Below are positions 27,972-37,638 of a stretch of DNA of 64,000 nt, piece after piece. The notes under the pieces were generated by a model, which saw only the letters and a list, made by a program, of their open reading frames with translations, searched no databases and was not told the origin of the DNA. The DNA comes from an uncultured Gammaproteobacteria bacterium (GTDB lineage: Bacteria > Pseudomonadota > Gammaproteobacteria > Steroidobacterales > Steroidobacteraceae). Location: the NCBI GenBank assembly GCA_963746545.1, contig CAVVBV010000029.1, positions 210,163 through 274,162 on the forward strand. Reading direction: 5' to 3'. The translations under genes and the position numbers were made by a program. Each line of letters opens with the position of its first letter. Position 1 is the stretch's first letter.

Positions 27972-29579
27972 ATGGAAAGCATGACGCACCGCACCGCGCA
28001 CGCAGATTCATTCGCGCGCGACCGCCTGCCACCCATTGACCAATGGCCACGGCTGCATTTCGACCTGCCGGAACTGCGTTATCCGGAGCGCCTGAACTGC
28101 GCGACCGTGCTGCTGGATGACGCGATCGCCGAAGGCCATGGCGAACGGCCCGCGATCCTGACCGACGCCGGCAGCATCAGTTACCGGTCATTGCTCGCCC
28201 GCGCGAACCGCGTCGCAAACGTCCTGCAGGCCGCGGGCGTCGTGCCCGGCAACCGGGTGCTGCTGCGCGGCTACAACAGCCCCGAGCTCTACGCCTGCTG
28301 GCTCGGCGTGATGAAGGCGGGCGCGATCGCCGTGACGACCATGCCCCTGCTGAGGGCGCCCGAACTGACCGCGATCATTGTGAAGAGCCAGCCGGCGGTC
28401 GCCCTCTGCGACCACCGGTTGCTGGCCGAGTTGCGCGCGGCGGTCGAGGTGACGGGCATCGTCGGAGAAATCCTGGCCTGGGGCAATGGAGAGCTCGAGG
28501 ACCGGATGGCCGCAGTCCCGCAGCAGTTTGCGAACATCGACACCGCTTCGGACGACGTGTGCCTGCTCGCCTTCACTTCCGGCACGACCGGCCAGCCCAA
28601 GGCCTGCATGCATTTCCACCGCGACGTGCTGGCGATGGCCGACGTCGTCGCGCGCCACCTGCTGCACACGAAGCCGGACGATGTCTACGCCGGCAGCCCG
28701 CCGCTGGGCTTCACCTTCGGGCTCGGGGCGCTCCTGGTATTTCCCTTCCGATTCCGCGCAGCGGTCGCACCGGTCGAGGCGCCGGCGCCCGCGGCACTGC
28801 TCGCCACGATCGAGCGGCACAAGGTGACCTGTCTCTTCACGGCGCCCTTCGCCTACCGCGCACTGATGACCGAACTGGAGGGGCGCGACATCGGTTCGCT
28901 GCGCCAGTGCGTGTCCGCGGGAGAATTCCTGCCGAGCGCCGTCTCGGACGCCTGGAAGGAGCGCACCGGCATCCGGATCATCGACGGCATCGGCGCAACC
29001 GAGATGATCCACATTTTCATTTCGGCAGCCGGCGACGAGATCCGGCCGGGCGCGACGGGGAAGCCATTGCCCGGCTACACGGCCTGTGTGCTCGATGACG
29101 AAGGCCGACCGATGCCGGCCGGCAGCATCGGGCGCCTGGCCGTCACGGGACCGACCGGCTGCCGCTACCTGGACGACGAACGCCAGCGCGACTATGTGCA
29201 GTACGGCTGGAACCTGACCGGCGACCTGTACCGCGTGGACGAGGACGGCTATTTCTGGTTCGTCTCCCGCGCCGACGACATGATCGTCTCGGCCGGCTAC
29301 AACATCGCCGGTCTCGAGGTCGAATGGGCGCTCCTCGCCCATCCCGCAGTGCGCGAATGCGCGGTCGTCGGCGCTCCGGACGCCCTGCGCGGCACGGTCG
29401 TGAAGGCCTTTGTCGTGATCCAGCCGGGGAGGGCGGCGGACGAAGCGCTCGCGCGCGAGCTGCAGGAGTTCGTCAAGCAGCGCATAGCACCCTACAAGTA
29501 CCCGCGCCTGGTCGAGTTCCTCGAGGCGCTGCCGAAGACGCCGACGGGCAAGCTGCAGCGCAAGGCCCTGAGAAAATAA
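27972..29579 (+). CDS. 2-aminobenzoate/benzoate-CoA ligase-like AMP-dependent synthetase
   Basis: 535 aa. FTSGTTGQPKACMH adenylation motif, YRVDEDGYFWFVSRADDMI and a C-terminal PKTPTGKLQR. The neighbours are 2-aminobenzoyl-CoA pathway genes. An alternative start is ATG 27981. Confidence 0.75.
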   Translation: MESMTHRTAHADSFARDRLPPIDQWPRLHFDLPELRYPERLNCATVLLDDAIAEGHGERPAILTDAGSISYRSLLARANRVANVLQAAGVVPGNRVLLRGYNSPELYACWLGVMKAGAIAVTTMPLLRAPELTAIIVKSQPAVALCDHRLLAELRAAVEVTGIVGEILAWGNGELEDRMAAVPQQFANIDTASDDVCLLAFTSGTTGQPKACMHFHRDVLAMADVVARHLLHTKPDDVYAGSPPLGFTFGLGALLVFPFRFRAAVAPVEAPAPAALLATIERHKVTCLFTAPFAYRALMTELEGRDIGSLRQCVSAGEFLPSAVSDAWKERTGIRIIDGIGATEMIHIFISAAGDEIRPGATGKPLPGYTACVLDDEGRPMPAGSIGRLAVTGPTGCRYLDDERQRDYVQYGWNLTGDLYRVDEDGYFWFVSRADDMIVSAGYNIAGLEVEWALLAHPAVRECAVVGAPDALRGTVVKAFVVIQPGRAADEALARELQEFVKQRIAPYKYPRLVEFLEALPKTPTGKLQRKALRK

Positions 29580-29580
29580 G

Positions 29581-29639
29581 CTGTAATTCACGGTTTTCGC
29601 GCGATTACTTGACATATAAATGATATAGGCCTGTAATTC
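29581..29639 (+). promoter_or_regulatory. Sigma70-like promoter with flanking direct repeat CTGTAATTC (candidate MarR operator)
   Basis: TTGACA (29609-29614), a 17-nt spacer, then TGTAAT (29632-29637). The 9-mer CTGTAATTC occurs at 29581-29589 and 29631-29639, the second copy overlapping the -10. This is a locally AT-rich intergenic region. Confidence 0.45.
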
Positions 29640-29659
29640 TCCCGGCACTCGGGGGTCCC

Positions 29660-31944
29660 TTGAAGAGAATCGTCTGCCTGGGCGGCGGCCCTGCCGGCCT
29701 GTACTCGGCCATCCTGTTCAGGAAGACGCTGCCGCGCGCGCGGGTCGAGGTCTACGAGCGCAATCGCCCGGACGACACCTTCGGCTGGGGCGTCGTGTTC
29801 TCCGACCGGACCATGGAAGGGTTCCGCGTCGCCGATGCGCCGACCCACGAGGCGATCACGGCCGGCTTCCATCATTGGGACGACATCGACGTCCATTACC
29901 GCGGCACGACCATCACGCACGGGCGGCCACGGCTTCTGCGGCATCAGCCGCAAGCGCCTGCTGAACATCCTGCAGGAGAGGGCGGCCGGACTCGGCGTCC
30001 ACCAGAGTTTCGAGCACGAGGTCGAAGACGATGCGCCCTACGCGGACGCGGACCTCGTCATCGCCGCCGACGGTGTCAACAGCAGGACCCGCACGCCGCC
30101 ACGCGGCTGTCTTCGAGCCGGACATCGACGTGCGCCAGTGCCGCTTCATCTGGCTCGGCACGAAGCAGTCCTTCCCGGCCTTCACCTTCGCCTTCGAGAA
30201 GACCGAGCACGGCTGGTTCCAGATCCACGCCTACCAGTTCAGCAGCGATCTCTCGACCGTGATCGTCGAGACCCGCGAGGAGACCTGGCGCGCGCACGGG
30301 CTCGACAAGTTCGACCACAGGCAGTCGATCGCATTCTGCGAAAAGCTGTTCGGCAGGTATCTCGGCGGCCATCCGCTGATGAGCAACGCCTTGCACCTGC
30401 GCGGCTCGGCCTGGCTCAACTTCAACCGCGTGCGGTGCAAGCGCTGGCATCACCGCAACCTGGTGCTGATCGGCGACGCCGCGCACACGGCGCATTTCTC
30501 GATCGGCTCGGGCACGAAGCTTGCGATGGAGGACGCGATCGAGCTCACCGCGCGCGTCGCGCATGCGACCGACGTGCCGGCGGGCCTCGTGCGCTACCAG
30601 GAGGAGCGCTCGCTGGAGGCGCTGAAGCTGCAGAGCGCGGCGCGCAACCGGATGCGCTGGTTCGAGGAAGTCGCGCGCTACGTGAACTTCGAGCCCTGGC
30701 AGTTCACCTACAGCCTGCTGACCGGCAGCCAGCGCATCGGCCACGAGAACCTGCGGCTGCGCGACCCGGGTTTCGTGCGCGACGTCGAGACGAAGCTCGC
30801 GGCACAGGCGGGGGCGCCGTCGCCGCGGCCGCCGATGTTCCTGCCCTTCACGCTTCGCGGCATGAAGGTGGAGAACCGCGTCGTCGTCTCGCCGATGGCG
30901 CAGTACCTCGCGAAGGACGGCATGCCCGATGACTGGCACCTCGTGCATCTCGGCGCGCGCGCGACCGGCGGGGCGGGGCTCGTGTTCACCGAGATGACCT
31001 GCGTGTCGCCGGAAGGCCGCATTTCGCCCGGCTGCACGGGTCTCTGGAACGAGGCGCAGCGCGAAGCCTGGCGGCGCATCGTGGACTTCGTGCACGGTGC
31101 GAGCCCCGCGAAGATCTGCCTGCAGCTCGGGCATTCCGGCCGCAAGGGCTCGACGCAGCTCGGCTGGGAGGAATCCGATCATCCCTTGCCGTCCGGCAAC
31201 TGGGAGACGATCGCGCCGTCGGCCATACCTTATTACGAAGGCATCAGCGCGCCGCCACGTGCGATGACGCGCGCGGACATGGACAAGGTGCTCGCCGATT
31301 ACCTGCGCGCGACGCGCCATGGCGCCGAGGCAGGCTTCGACATGCTGGAACTGCACATGGCGCACGGTTACCTGCTGGCGAGTTTCCTGTCGCCGCTGAC
31401 CAACCGGCGCGCGGACGAATACGGCGGGGTGCTCGCTAATCGCCTGCGCTTCCCGCTGGAGATCCTCGCGGCCGTGCGCAAGGCCTGGCCGGCCGACAAG
31501 CCGCTCTCCGTGCGCCTGTCGGCGAGCGACTGGGCTGACGGCGGCCTGCGCGAGGAGGAGCTGCTCGACATCGCGCGCGCGATGAAGGCCGCCGGCGCCG
31601 ACGCCCTCGACCTGTCGAGCGGCCAGACCGTGCCCTGGCAGAAGCCGGTGTACGGGCGCATGTGGCAGACGCCGTTCTCGGACCAGGTCCGGAACCTCGT
31701 CGGCATCCCGACCATCGCGGTCGGCAACATCTACGAGCCGGATCACGTGAACTCGATCGTGGCCTCGGGTCGCGCGGATCTCTGCGCGCTCGCGCGGCCG
31801 CACCTGGCGGATGCGGCCTGGACGCTGCATGCCGCGGCCGCACAGGGCTATCGGGAGCAGTGGTGGCCGAAGCCCTACGAGACGGCGCGGCGCCAGCTCG
31901 AGCGCAATCTCGAGCGCGCAGCGCAGATGGCGGGGCCGGTCTGA
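29660..31944 (+). pseudogene. 2-aminobenzoyl-CoA monooxygenase/reductase-like flavoprotein (FAD monooxygenase plus OYE-type reductase) with two +1 frameshifts
   Basis: Piece 1: [15 protein letters not shown]...HYRGTTIT, to ~29922. Piece 2: [18 protein letters not shown]...ADGVNSRTR, to ~30095. Piece 3: [21 protein letters not shown]... continuing into the OYE-like C-terminal half, to 31944. Each break can be explained by one extra G or C. Confidence 0.7.
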
Positions 31945-32435
31945 TGCCGCGCACGGCAACCGACGTCGAGACCCGCGTCGCGAGCGACGACCACGCGGCG
32001 ATCCGGCTGTGGCTGCGCATGCTCGCGACCAACCGGCTGATCGAGACGCGCACGCGGCGCCTGTTGCATGAACGGTTCACGACGACGCTGCCGCGCTTCG
32101 ACCTGATGGCGCAGCTCGAGCGCGTGCCGGGCGGGCTCAAGATGGGCGAGCTGTCGAAGCGCATGATGGTGACCGGCGGCAACGTCACCGGCATCACCGA
32201 CATGCTGGAACAGGAAGGCCTGGTCGAGCGCGTGGACGATCCCGACGACCGGCGCGCCTGGCTCGTCAGGCTGACGCCGGCCGGCCGGCGCACGTTCGCC
32301 GCGATGGCGCGCGAGCACGAGCGCTGGGTCGTCGAGGCATTCGGGGCCCTCGGCGCGCGCGAGAAGGCGGTGATGGCGGGCTTCCTCGGCCGCCTGAAGA
32401 CGCATGTTCGGTCACTGGAGGGGCGAGACGCATGA
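31944..32435 (+). CDS. MarR-family transcriptional regulator
   Basis: 163 aa from ATG 31944 (TGATG overlap). Winged-helix block ...[57 protein letters not shown].... Confidence 0.8.
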   Translation: MPRTATDVETRVASDDHAAIRLWLRMLATNRLIETRTRRLLHERFTTTLPRFDLMAQLERVPGGLKMGELSKRMMVTGGNVTGITDMLEQEGLVERVDDPDDRRAWLVRLTPAGRRTFAAMAREHERWVVEAFGALGAREKAVMAGFLGRLKTHVRSLEGRDA

Positions 32436-33235
32436 GCATCGAATCGGCAGAGCATTTCCTGTGGCGCGTCGAGGGCCGGGTCGGCCGGGTAACGCTGAAC
32501 CGTCCCGAGCGCAAGAACCCGCTGACCTTCAAGTCGTATGCGGAACTGCGCGACCTGTTCCGCGCGCTGACGACGGACAACGACGTGCGTGCGGTCATCA
32601 TCGACGGCGCGGGCGGGAACTTCTGCTCCGGCGGCGACGTGCACGAGATCATCGGGCCGCTGACGAAGATGAACAAGCCGGGGCTCCTGAACTTCACGCG
32701 CATGACCGGTGACCTGGTGCGCGCGATGCGTGCCTGCCCGCAACCGATCATCGCGGCCGTCGACGGCACCTGCGCCGGCGCCGGCGCCATCATCGCGCTC
32801 GCCTCGGATTTCCGCTTCGCGACGCCCGCCGCGCGCACCGCCTTCCTGTTCGTGCGCGTGGGACTCGCCGGCTGCGACATGGGCGCCTGCGCGATGCTGC
32901 CGCGCGTGATCGGCCAGGGCCGCGCCGCGGAACTCCTCTACACCGGGCGCTCGTTCACCGCGGAGGAGGGCGAACGCTGGGGCTTCTACAATTCGATCGT
33001 GCCGGCCGAGGGGCTGCTGCACGAGGCGATGAAACTCGCCGGCGAGATCGCCGCCGGCCCGACCTTCGCGCATGCGATGACGAAAAAGATGCTGCATCGC
33101 GAATGGAACATGGCGATCGACGAGGCGCTCGATGCGGAGTCGAAGGCGCAGGCCGTGTGCATGCAGACCGCCGATTTCAAGCGGGCTTATGAGGCTTTCT
33201 CCGCGAAGCGCAAGCCGGTTTTCGAGGGCAACTGA
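32432..33235 (+). CDS. Enoyl-CoA hydratase/isomerase family protein
   Basis: 267 aa. Crotonase blocks [21 protein letters not shown] and [16 protein letters not shown]. Confidence 0.85.
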   Translation: MSIESAEHFLWRVEGRVGRVTLNRPERKNPLTFKSYAELRDLFRALTTDNDVRAVIIDGAGGNFCSGGDVHEIIGPLTKMNKPGLLNFTRMTGDLVRAMRACPQPIIAAVDGTCAGAGAIIALASDFRFATPAARTAFLFVRVGLAGCDMGACAMLPRVIGQGRAAELLYTGRSFTAEEGERWGFYNSIVPAEGLLHEAMKLAGEIAAGPTFAHAMTKKMLHREWNMAIDEALDAESKAQAVCMQTADFKRAYEAFSAKRKPVFEGN

Positions 33236-34423
33236 TGGCCACGCAGAACGATCACCTGATATGGCCCTTCTTCGATGAGCCGCACCGTCGGCTCGCCGCG
33301 GAGGCGCGCGACTGGGGCCAGGCGAACCTCGCCGGCGCCGCGCATCCGATGGATCGCGCGGGCGTGGATGCGCGCTGCCGTGCGCTTGTCGCCGCATTGG
33401 GCCGGGCGGGCCTGTTGAAGCACTGCCTGCGCGCCGAAGACGGCGGTGCGAGCGCGGAATTCGACGCCCGCTCGCTCTGCATCCTGCGCGAGTCGCTCGC
33501 CTGGTGGGACGGGCTCGCCGATTTCTCGTTTTCGATGCAGGGCCTCGGCAGCGCGCCGCTGACGCTTGCCGGCAGCGACGCCTTGCGGGCCCGCTACCTG
33601 CCGCGCGTCGCGAAGGGCACGGCGATCGCCGCATTCGCGCTGTCGGAGCCCGAGGCTGGCTCCGATGCCGCCGCGATGCAGGCGAGCGCGCGCCGCGACG
33701 GCGCGCATTACCGGCTGGACGGCAGCAAGACCTGGATCTCGAATGGCGGCATTGCGGACTTCTATTGCGTGTTCGCACGCACCGAGGCCGCGAAGCCGCG
33801 CGCCGACGGCAGCGCCTCGGCCGAGGGAATCAGCGCCTTCGTCGTGGAGCCGGGCGACCCGGGATTCTCCGTCGCCGAGCGCATCGACGTGATGGCGCCG
33901 CATCCGCTCGCGCGGATCAGCTTCGCCGATTGCCGCATCCCGGCCGACCGGCTGATCGGGGAGGAAGGCGAGGGCTTCAAGATCGCGATGCGCACGCTCG
34001 ACGTGTTCCGCACTTCGGTCGCGGCCGCCGCCTGCGGCTTCGCGCGCCGCGCGCTGGACGAGGCGCTGAAGCACGTGCTCGAGCGTTCGATGTTCGGCCG
34101 CCGGCTTGCCGAGTTCCAGCTGACCCAGGCTGCGCTCGCCGAGATGGCGACGGGCATCGAGGCCGCGCAGTTGCTGACCTATCGCGCCGCCTGGCTGCGC
34201 GATCGCGGCGACCGTTTTACCGCTGCGGCCGCGATGGCCAAGCTGACCGCGACCGAGACCGCGCAGTCGGTCATCGACCGCGCATTGCAGATGTTCGGCG
34301 GGCGCGGCGTGACGCATGGCGAAGTCGTCGAGAGCCCTGTATCGCGAGATCCGTGCGCTCCGGATCTACGAGGGCGCGAGCGAAGTGCAGAAGCTGGTCA
34401 TCGGCCGGGAGCTGCTGAAATGA
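33235..34423 (+). pseudogene. Acyl-CoA dehydrogenase with one +1 frameshift near the 3' end
   Basis: The ACAD sequence reads to ...[15 protein letters not shown] at ~34335. The conserved C-terminus [29 protein letters not shown] continues in the next frame and stops at 34421-34423. One extra C in AGCCCTG explains the shift. Confidence 0.7.
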
Positions 34424-34813
34424 TCCGCCAGACCCTGCAACCGCCGGGCTGGCCGAGGCCGCTCGGTTATGCCAATGGCATCGCCGCCGAGGGCCGGCAG
34501 GTCTTCATTTCCGGCCAGATCGGCTGGAATGCGGAGCAGAAATTTGCGAGCGACGAACTGGCCGCGCAGGTCCGCCAGGCGCTCGACGAATGTCGTCGAG
34601 GTGCTCGCCTGCGCCGGCGGGAGGCCGGAACAGCTCGTTCGCCTGACCTGGTACGTCACGAGCCGCGAGGAGTATTACGCCTCGATCGAGGGCATCGGCG
34701 CGGCCTATCGCGAGGTCATCGGCCGGCATTTCCCGGCGATGTCGGTCGTCGTCGTGGCGGGGCTCCTCGAGCCGCGCGCGAAAGTCGAGATCGAGGCGAC
34801 CGCGGTCCTGTAG
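34420..34813 (+). pseudogene. RidA/YjgF-family protein with one +1 frameshift
   Basis: [36 protein letters not shown]...VRQALD in one frame. After ~34588 it continues as NVVEVLACAGGRPEQLVRLTWYVTS...VEIEATAVL* in the next frame. Confidence 0.65.
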
Positions 34814-34828
34814 GAGCCTGCCAGCCTC

Positions 34829-36373
34829 TCAGGCCCGGTAGATTGCGCGCAGCTCGCGCTTCAGCAGCTTGCCATTGGGATTGCGCGGCAGTTTCGCGAC
34901 GCACTCGATGCGAGCGAGGCGTTGCTGCTTGCCCAGGCGCTCGTTAACCCAGCTGCGGATGGCCTCGCTGTCCATGTTCGCGTGGCCGGGTCGCAGCACG
35001 ACGAGCCCGAGCGGCGTCTCTCCCCATTTCTCGTGCGGAATGCCGATCACGCCGCAATCGAACACGGCCGGATGTTCCTTCAGCACCGCTTCGATGTCAG
35101 CCGGATAAATATTCTGGCCGCCTGACAGGATCATGTCCTTCTTGCGATCCACGATGTAGAGATAGCCCTCCTCGTCGACACGCCCCAGGTCGCCGGTGCG
35201 AAGCCATTGCCTTCCCTGCTGGTCCCGCCACAGCGTTTCCGCGGTCGCCTCCGGCCGGTTGTGATAGCCGCTCATGACGAAGCGCGACCAGCCCACGATC
35301 TCGCCAACCGCGTCGGGTGGCAATTCATGGCCCGCGTCGTCGATGATCGCGAGATCCGTACCCGGGATTGGCTTGCCGACCGAAGCCGTGCGGCTCTCGA
35401 CATCCTCCGGATCCAGCGTCGTGATGATGCCCTCGGTAAGGCCATAGAGTTCGATCAGGCCGCAGCCGAATTGCCGTGCGACACGCCGCTTGAGCGCGGG
35501 ATGCATTGGCGAGCCGACCGTGCAGAGCCAGCGCAGCGAACGCAGGTCATGGCGCGCAAAGTCCGATTGCTCGACGATCAACTGGAACTGCAGCGGCACC
35601 ATCGCCGCATGCGTGCAGCGATGGCGCTCGACGAGAGCGAGGAATTCCGCCGCGTCGAAATGCTCCATGACGACGATCGCGCCGCCGACCAGGAAGCTGC
35701 AGAGCATCGCGACCCAGCTGATGTTGGAGAATAGCCCGACCGGGCACAGCGCGATCGCGGCCGAGTCGTAGCGCAGCGCGAGCCCCACGTCGTAGGCCCA
35801 TTCGATGCGCCGGCGATGCGAGTGCACGATGCCCTTTGGCATGGCCGTCGTGCCCGAGCTGTAGATGATGTTGCAGGGATCGTCGGGTTGCGGCACGACC
35901 GTGCAGCGTCCGGCATGCGCGGCGTCGCGCCAGGCCGCGTAATCGGTCCAGCCCGCGCCGCCGTCCACGCAGATCCAGGCGCCATCCGCGACCTGCGGCA
36001 GGCGTGAACGCATCGACTCCAGCCGCGCGCGCTGCGCGGGCGTCGCGACGATGACGCCCACGCCCGCATCGCGCAGCATCCGTTCGACGCCGTCGTCCGA
36101 CACCGAGAGATTCAATGGCACGACGCAGGCGCCGGCCTTCATCACGCCGAACAGCACCTCGACCATCGGGATGCCGTTGTTCATCAGCACGCCGACGGTA
36201 TCGCCGCGACCGGCCCCCAGCCGCACAAGCGCATTCGCGACGCGTTCGGTATTTCGGTCTAACTCTGCCCACGAAAGCGTCGTGGCGCCGCAGATGAGCG
36301 CCGGGCTGTTGCGCCGCCAGCGCGCGTTGAGGCGCAGGATGTCCGAAATGAGCGGCGCGGGTGCGGGGATCAC
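34829..36373 (-). CDS. AMP-dependent acyl-CoA synthetase/ligase
   Basis: The start is set at GTG 36373 (VIPAPAPLISDILRLNARW...), giving 514 aa. Motifs IIYSSGTTAMPKGIVHSH, WLRTGDLG and PRNPNGKLLKREL. The upstream part of track ORF 34829..36535 is Arg-rich junk. Confidence 0.75.
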   Translation of the reverse strand: MIPAPAPLISDILRLNARWRRNSPALICGATTLSWAELDRNTERVANALVRLGAGRGDTVGVLMNNGIPMVEVLFGVMKAGACVVPLNLSVSDDGVERMLRDAGVGVIVATPAQRARLESMRSRLPQVADGAWICVDGGAGWTDYAAWRDAAHAGRCTVVPQPDDPCNIIYSSGTTAMPKGIVHSHRRRIEWAYDVGLALRYDSAAIALCPVGLFSNISWVAMLCSFLVGGAIVVMEHFDAAEFLALVERHRCTHAAMVPLQFQLIVEQSDFARHDLRSLRWLCTVGSPMHPALKRRVARQFGCGLIELYGLTEGIITTLDPEDVESRTASVGKPIPGTDLAIIDDAGHELPPDAVGEIVGWSRFVMSGYHNRPEATAETLWRDQQGRQWLRTGDLGRVDEEGYLYIVDRKKDMILSGGQNIYPADIEAVLKEHPAVFDCGVIGIPHEKWGETPLGLVVLRPGHANMDSEAIRSWVNERLGKQQRLARIECVAKLPRNPNGKLLKRELRAIYRA

Positions 36374-36606
36374 GGGGTGGCCTTGCCCAGGCCGCGGCGA
36401 ATGTGACGAATGCCGTGTTCGGCATCCGCGGCGGCGGCGCCGATGCCGCTTCCGACCCCGGTGATGAGGATGTTGCGTTCTTGCAAGACGCCCCCTGCGC
36501 TTGACAGTAACGCCCGGTGAACCGGGCGGCCTCATACGTTAGTACTATTCACGCGGTACTACTCGATGGCCGACAGTTCGCTGCAGACTCGCCTGGGGAT
36601 CCTGAA

Positions 36607-36827
36607 ATGAAGCACCGGAAATTGGCGGGCGCGAAGCCCATGGCCGCGTTACTCGCGGCGGCCGTCGCCGTTCCGGCGGCGGGCGCGCAGCCGGCGAAAT
36701 CGTCGGACGACCGAATCCGGAGGGTCTTCGACGGCCCGATGACGACTTGTTGAGCGCCGGGCTTGGGGTGGAGGGGCTGCGCGGGCCCGCGCCGGGATTT
36801 GCCGATCCGGCGAAGCCCACGGCCTGA
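36607..36827 (+). pseudogene. N-terminal ~70-codon fragment of a 3-hydroxybutyrate-oligomer-hydrolase-like secreted protein, frameshifted and truncated
   Basis: Signal peptide MKHRKLAGAKPMAALLAAAVAVPAAGA...RRVFDG. After a -1 shift (~36735) it reads DDDLLSAGLGVEGLRGPAPGFADPAKPTA*, which resembles the conserved N-terminal DDLLTAGLG block of that ~700-aa family. The sequence ends exactly at the AT-island border. Confidence 0.45.
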
Positions 36828-37636
36828 ATTTATTTTATATATACTGATTTGCAGCGCAATAAAAATTTTGAACGGTGATGCTATAATATGTTTTAATGAA
36901 TGCAGACTTAATTAAATATAGTTGAAATTGTACATTATAGTGTAGCTGGTTGGGCAATATTGATGAAGATCTGCTACGGGAGACAGTATGTAGATGATCG
37001 GTGCGATAGCTGGTTCTCATTGTTGACATGCATAATATCTGTGATATTCGCGCTTGATTATTTAATTTTATTTAATAAAATTAATTAATATTAAATTTAA
37101 TTTTTTTATTTTTTTTTAAATTATAATTTAAAGCGTTGCGCTGATCGTAATATAATAATTTATTATTATAATTTATATTATTTTATATGATTTTTATAAT
37201 TATATTTTGATAAATATTGTAATGATTATTAATTACGATGACGAGGTTAAGATAGACTGGATGATAATAATATTATTAATATTATTATATTTTGATCGGT
37301 TGGCTCTGGTTGCATGCATGTTCATTCGCGCACGCGCTGCATGCGATCGATTCTACACGCATATGTTCCGAGTCGGCATCAGTACTTCGAATCTATTGCT
37401 ATTTCTCTCTCCCATGCAGACAAAGCGGCGCTGATCATTTTATAAATTTTTATATTATATATTATTAAATATATTATTAATTTATTAATAATATAAATAT
37501 ATATAATTTAATATATTAAATATAATATTATTATATTTATTATAAATTAAATATTATATATTATTATTATTTTATTTAAATATATTAATATATTTATATT
37601 TATTTATATCTGCGCTTGCGTGCTTTGTTATTAATC
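36828..37636. other. Extreme A+T-rich, largely non-coding island
   Basis: The composition flips relative to the flanks. There are G/C-free runs at 37057-37132 (76 nt), 37148-37188 (41 nt) and 37437-37609 (173 nt). Short GC-normal patches are interspersed. There is no convincing ORF, tRNA or transposase. Confidence 0.9.
36996..37436 (+). repeat. Two degenerate tandem copies of the 5' region of the downstream DoxX-like gene, each followed by an A/T-only spacer
   Basis: Copy 2 (37294-37436) shares collinear identical words with the gene copy (37633-37780): TCGCGCACGC, TCTACACGC, TCCGAGTCGGC, CAGTACTTCGAATC and GCATGTTCAT. Copy 1 (36996-37056 plus 37130-37146) shares GATCGGT, CTGGTT, CATGCAT, ATTCGCGC and the tail AAAGCG..GCGCTGATC. 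The period is about 290-345 nt. Confidence 0.6.
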
Positions 37637-37638
37637 GG

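Noticed and set aside
33235-34947. 570-aa ORF that looks like an acyl-CoA dehydrogenase-RidA fusion.
   Set aside because: The conserved ACAD C-terminus and the RidA C-terminal half are both found in the adjacent frame. The long ORF is read-through created by single-base insertions, not a genuine fusion.
36480-36606. Possible operator in the divergent ligase/hydrolase promoter: GTACTA direct repeat at 36541-36566, small palindrome GCCCGGTGAACCGGGC.
   Set aside because: The motifs are short and unsupported by any regulator gene nearby. They could easily occur by chance.
36835-37434. Small ORFs inside the A+T island: 36835..37029(-) of 64 aa and 37207..37434(+) of 75 aa.
   Set aside because: The amino-acid composition is dictated by A/T-rich codons (Ile/Asn/Tyr/Leu/Lys). 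There is no RBS and no family similarity. The 75-aa ORF merely reads through the degenerate DoxX fragment.
36828-37636. A+T island as a CRISPR array or leader.
   Set aside because: The repeated modules are about 140 nt, imperfect and irregularly spaced (about 290-345 nt). There are no short conserved direct repeats of 24-40 nt and no cas genes in the window.
36828-37636. A+T island as a replication origin or DNA-unwinding element.
   Set aside because: I found no TTATCCACA-type DnaA boxes and no dnaA/dnaN/gid/par neighbours. G/C-free runs of 76-173 nt far exceed typical 13-mer unwinding elements.
36828-37636. A+T island as simple contamination or a chimeric join with foreign AT-rich DNA.
   Set aside because: This is not fully excluded. 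It is unlikely, because the island contains diverged copies of the immediately adjacent DoxX-like sequence, and its GC-normal patches share words with the flank. It needs read-level confirmation.
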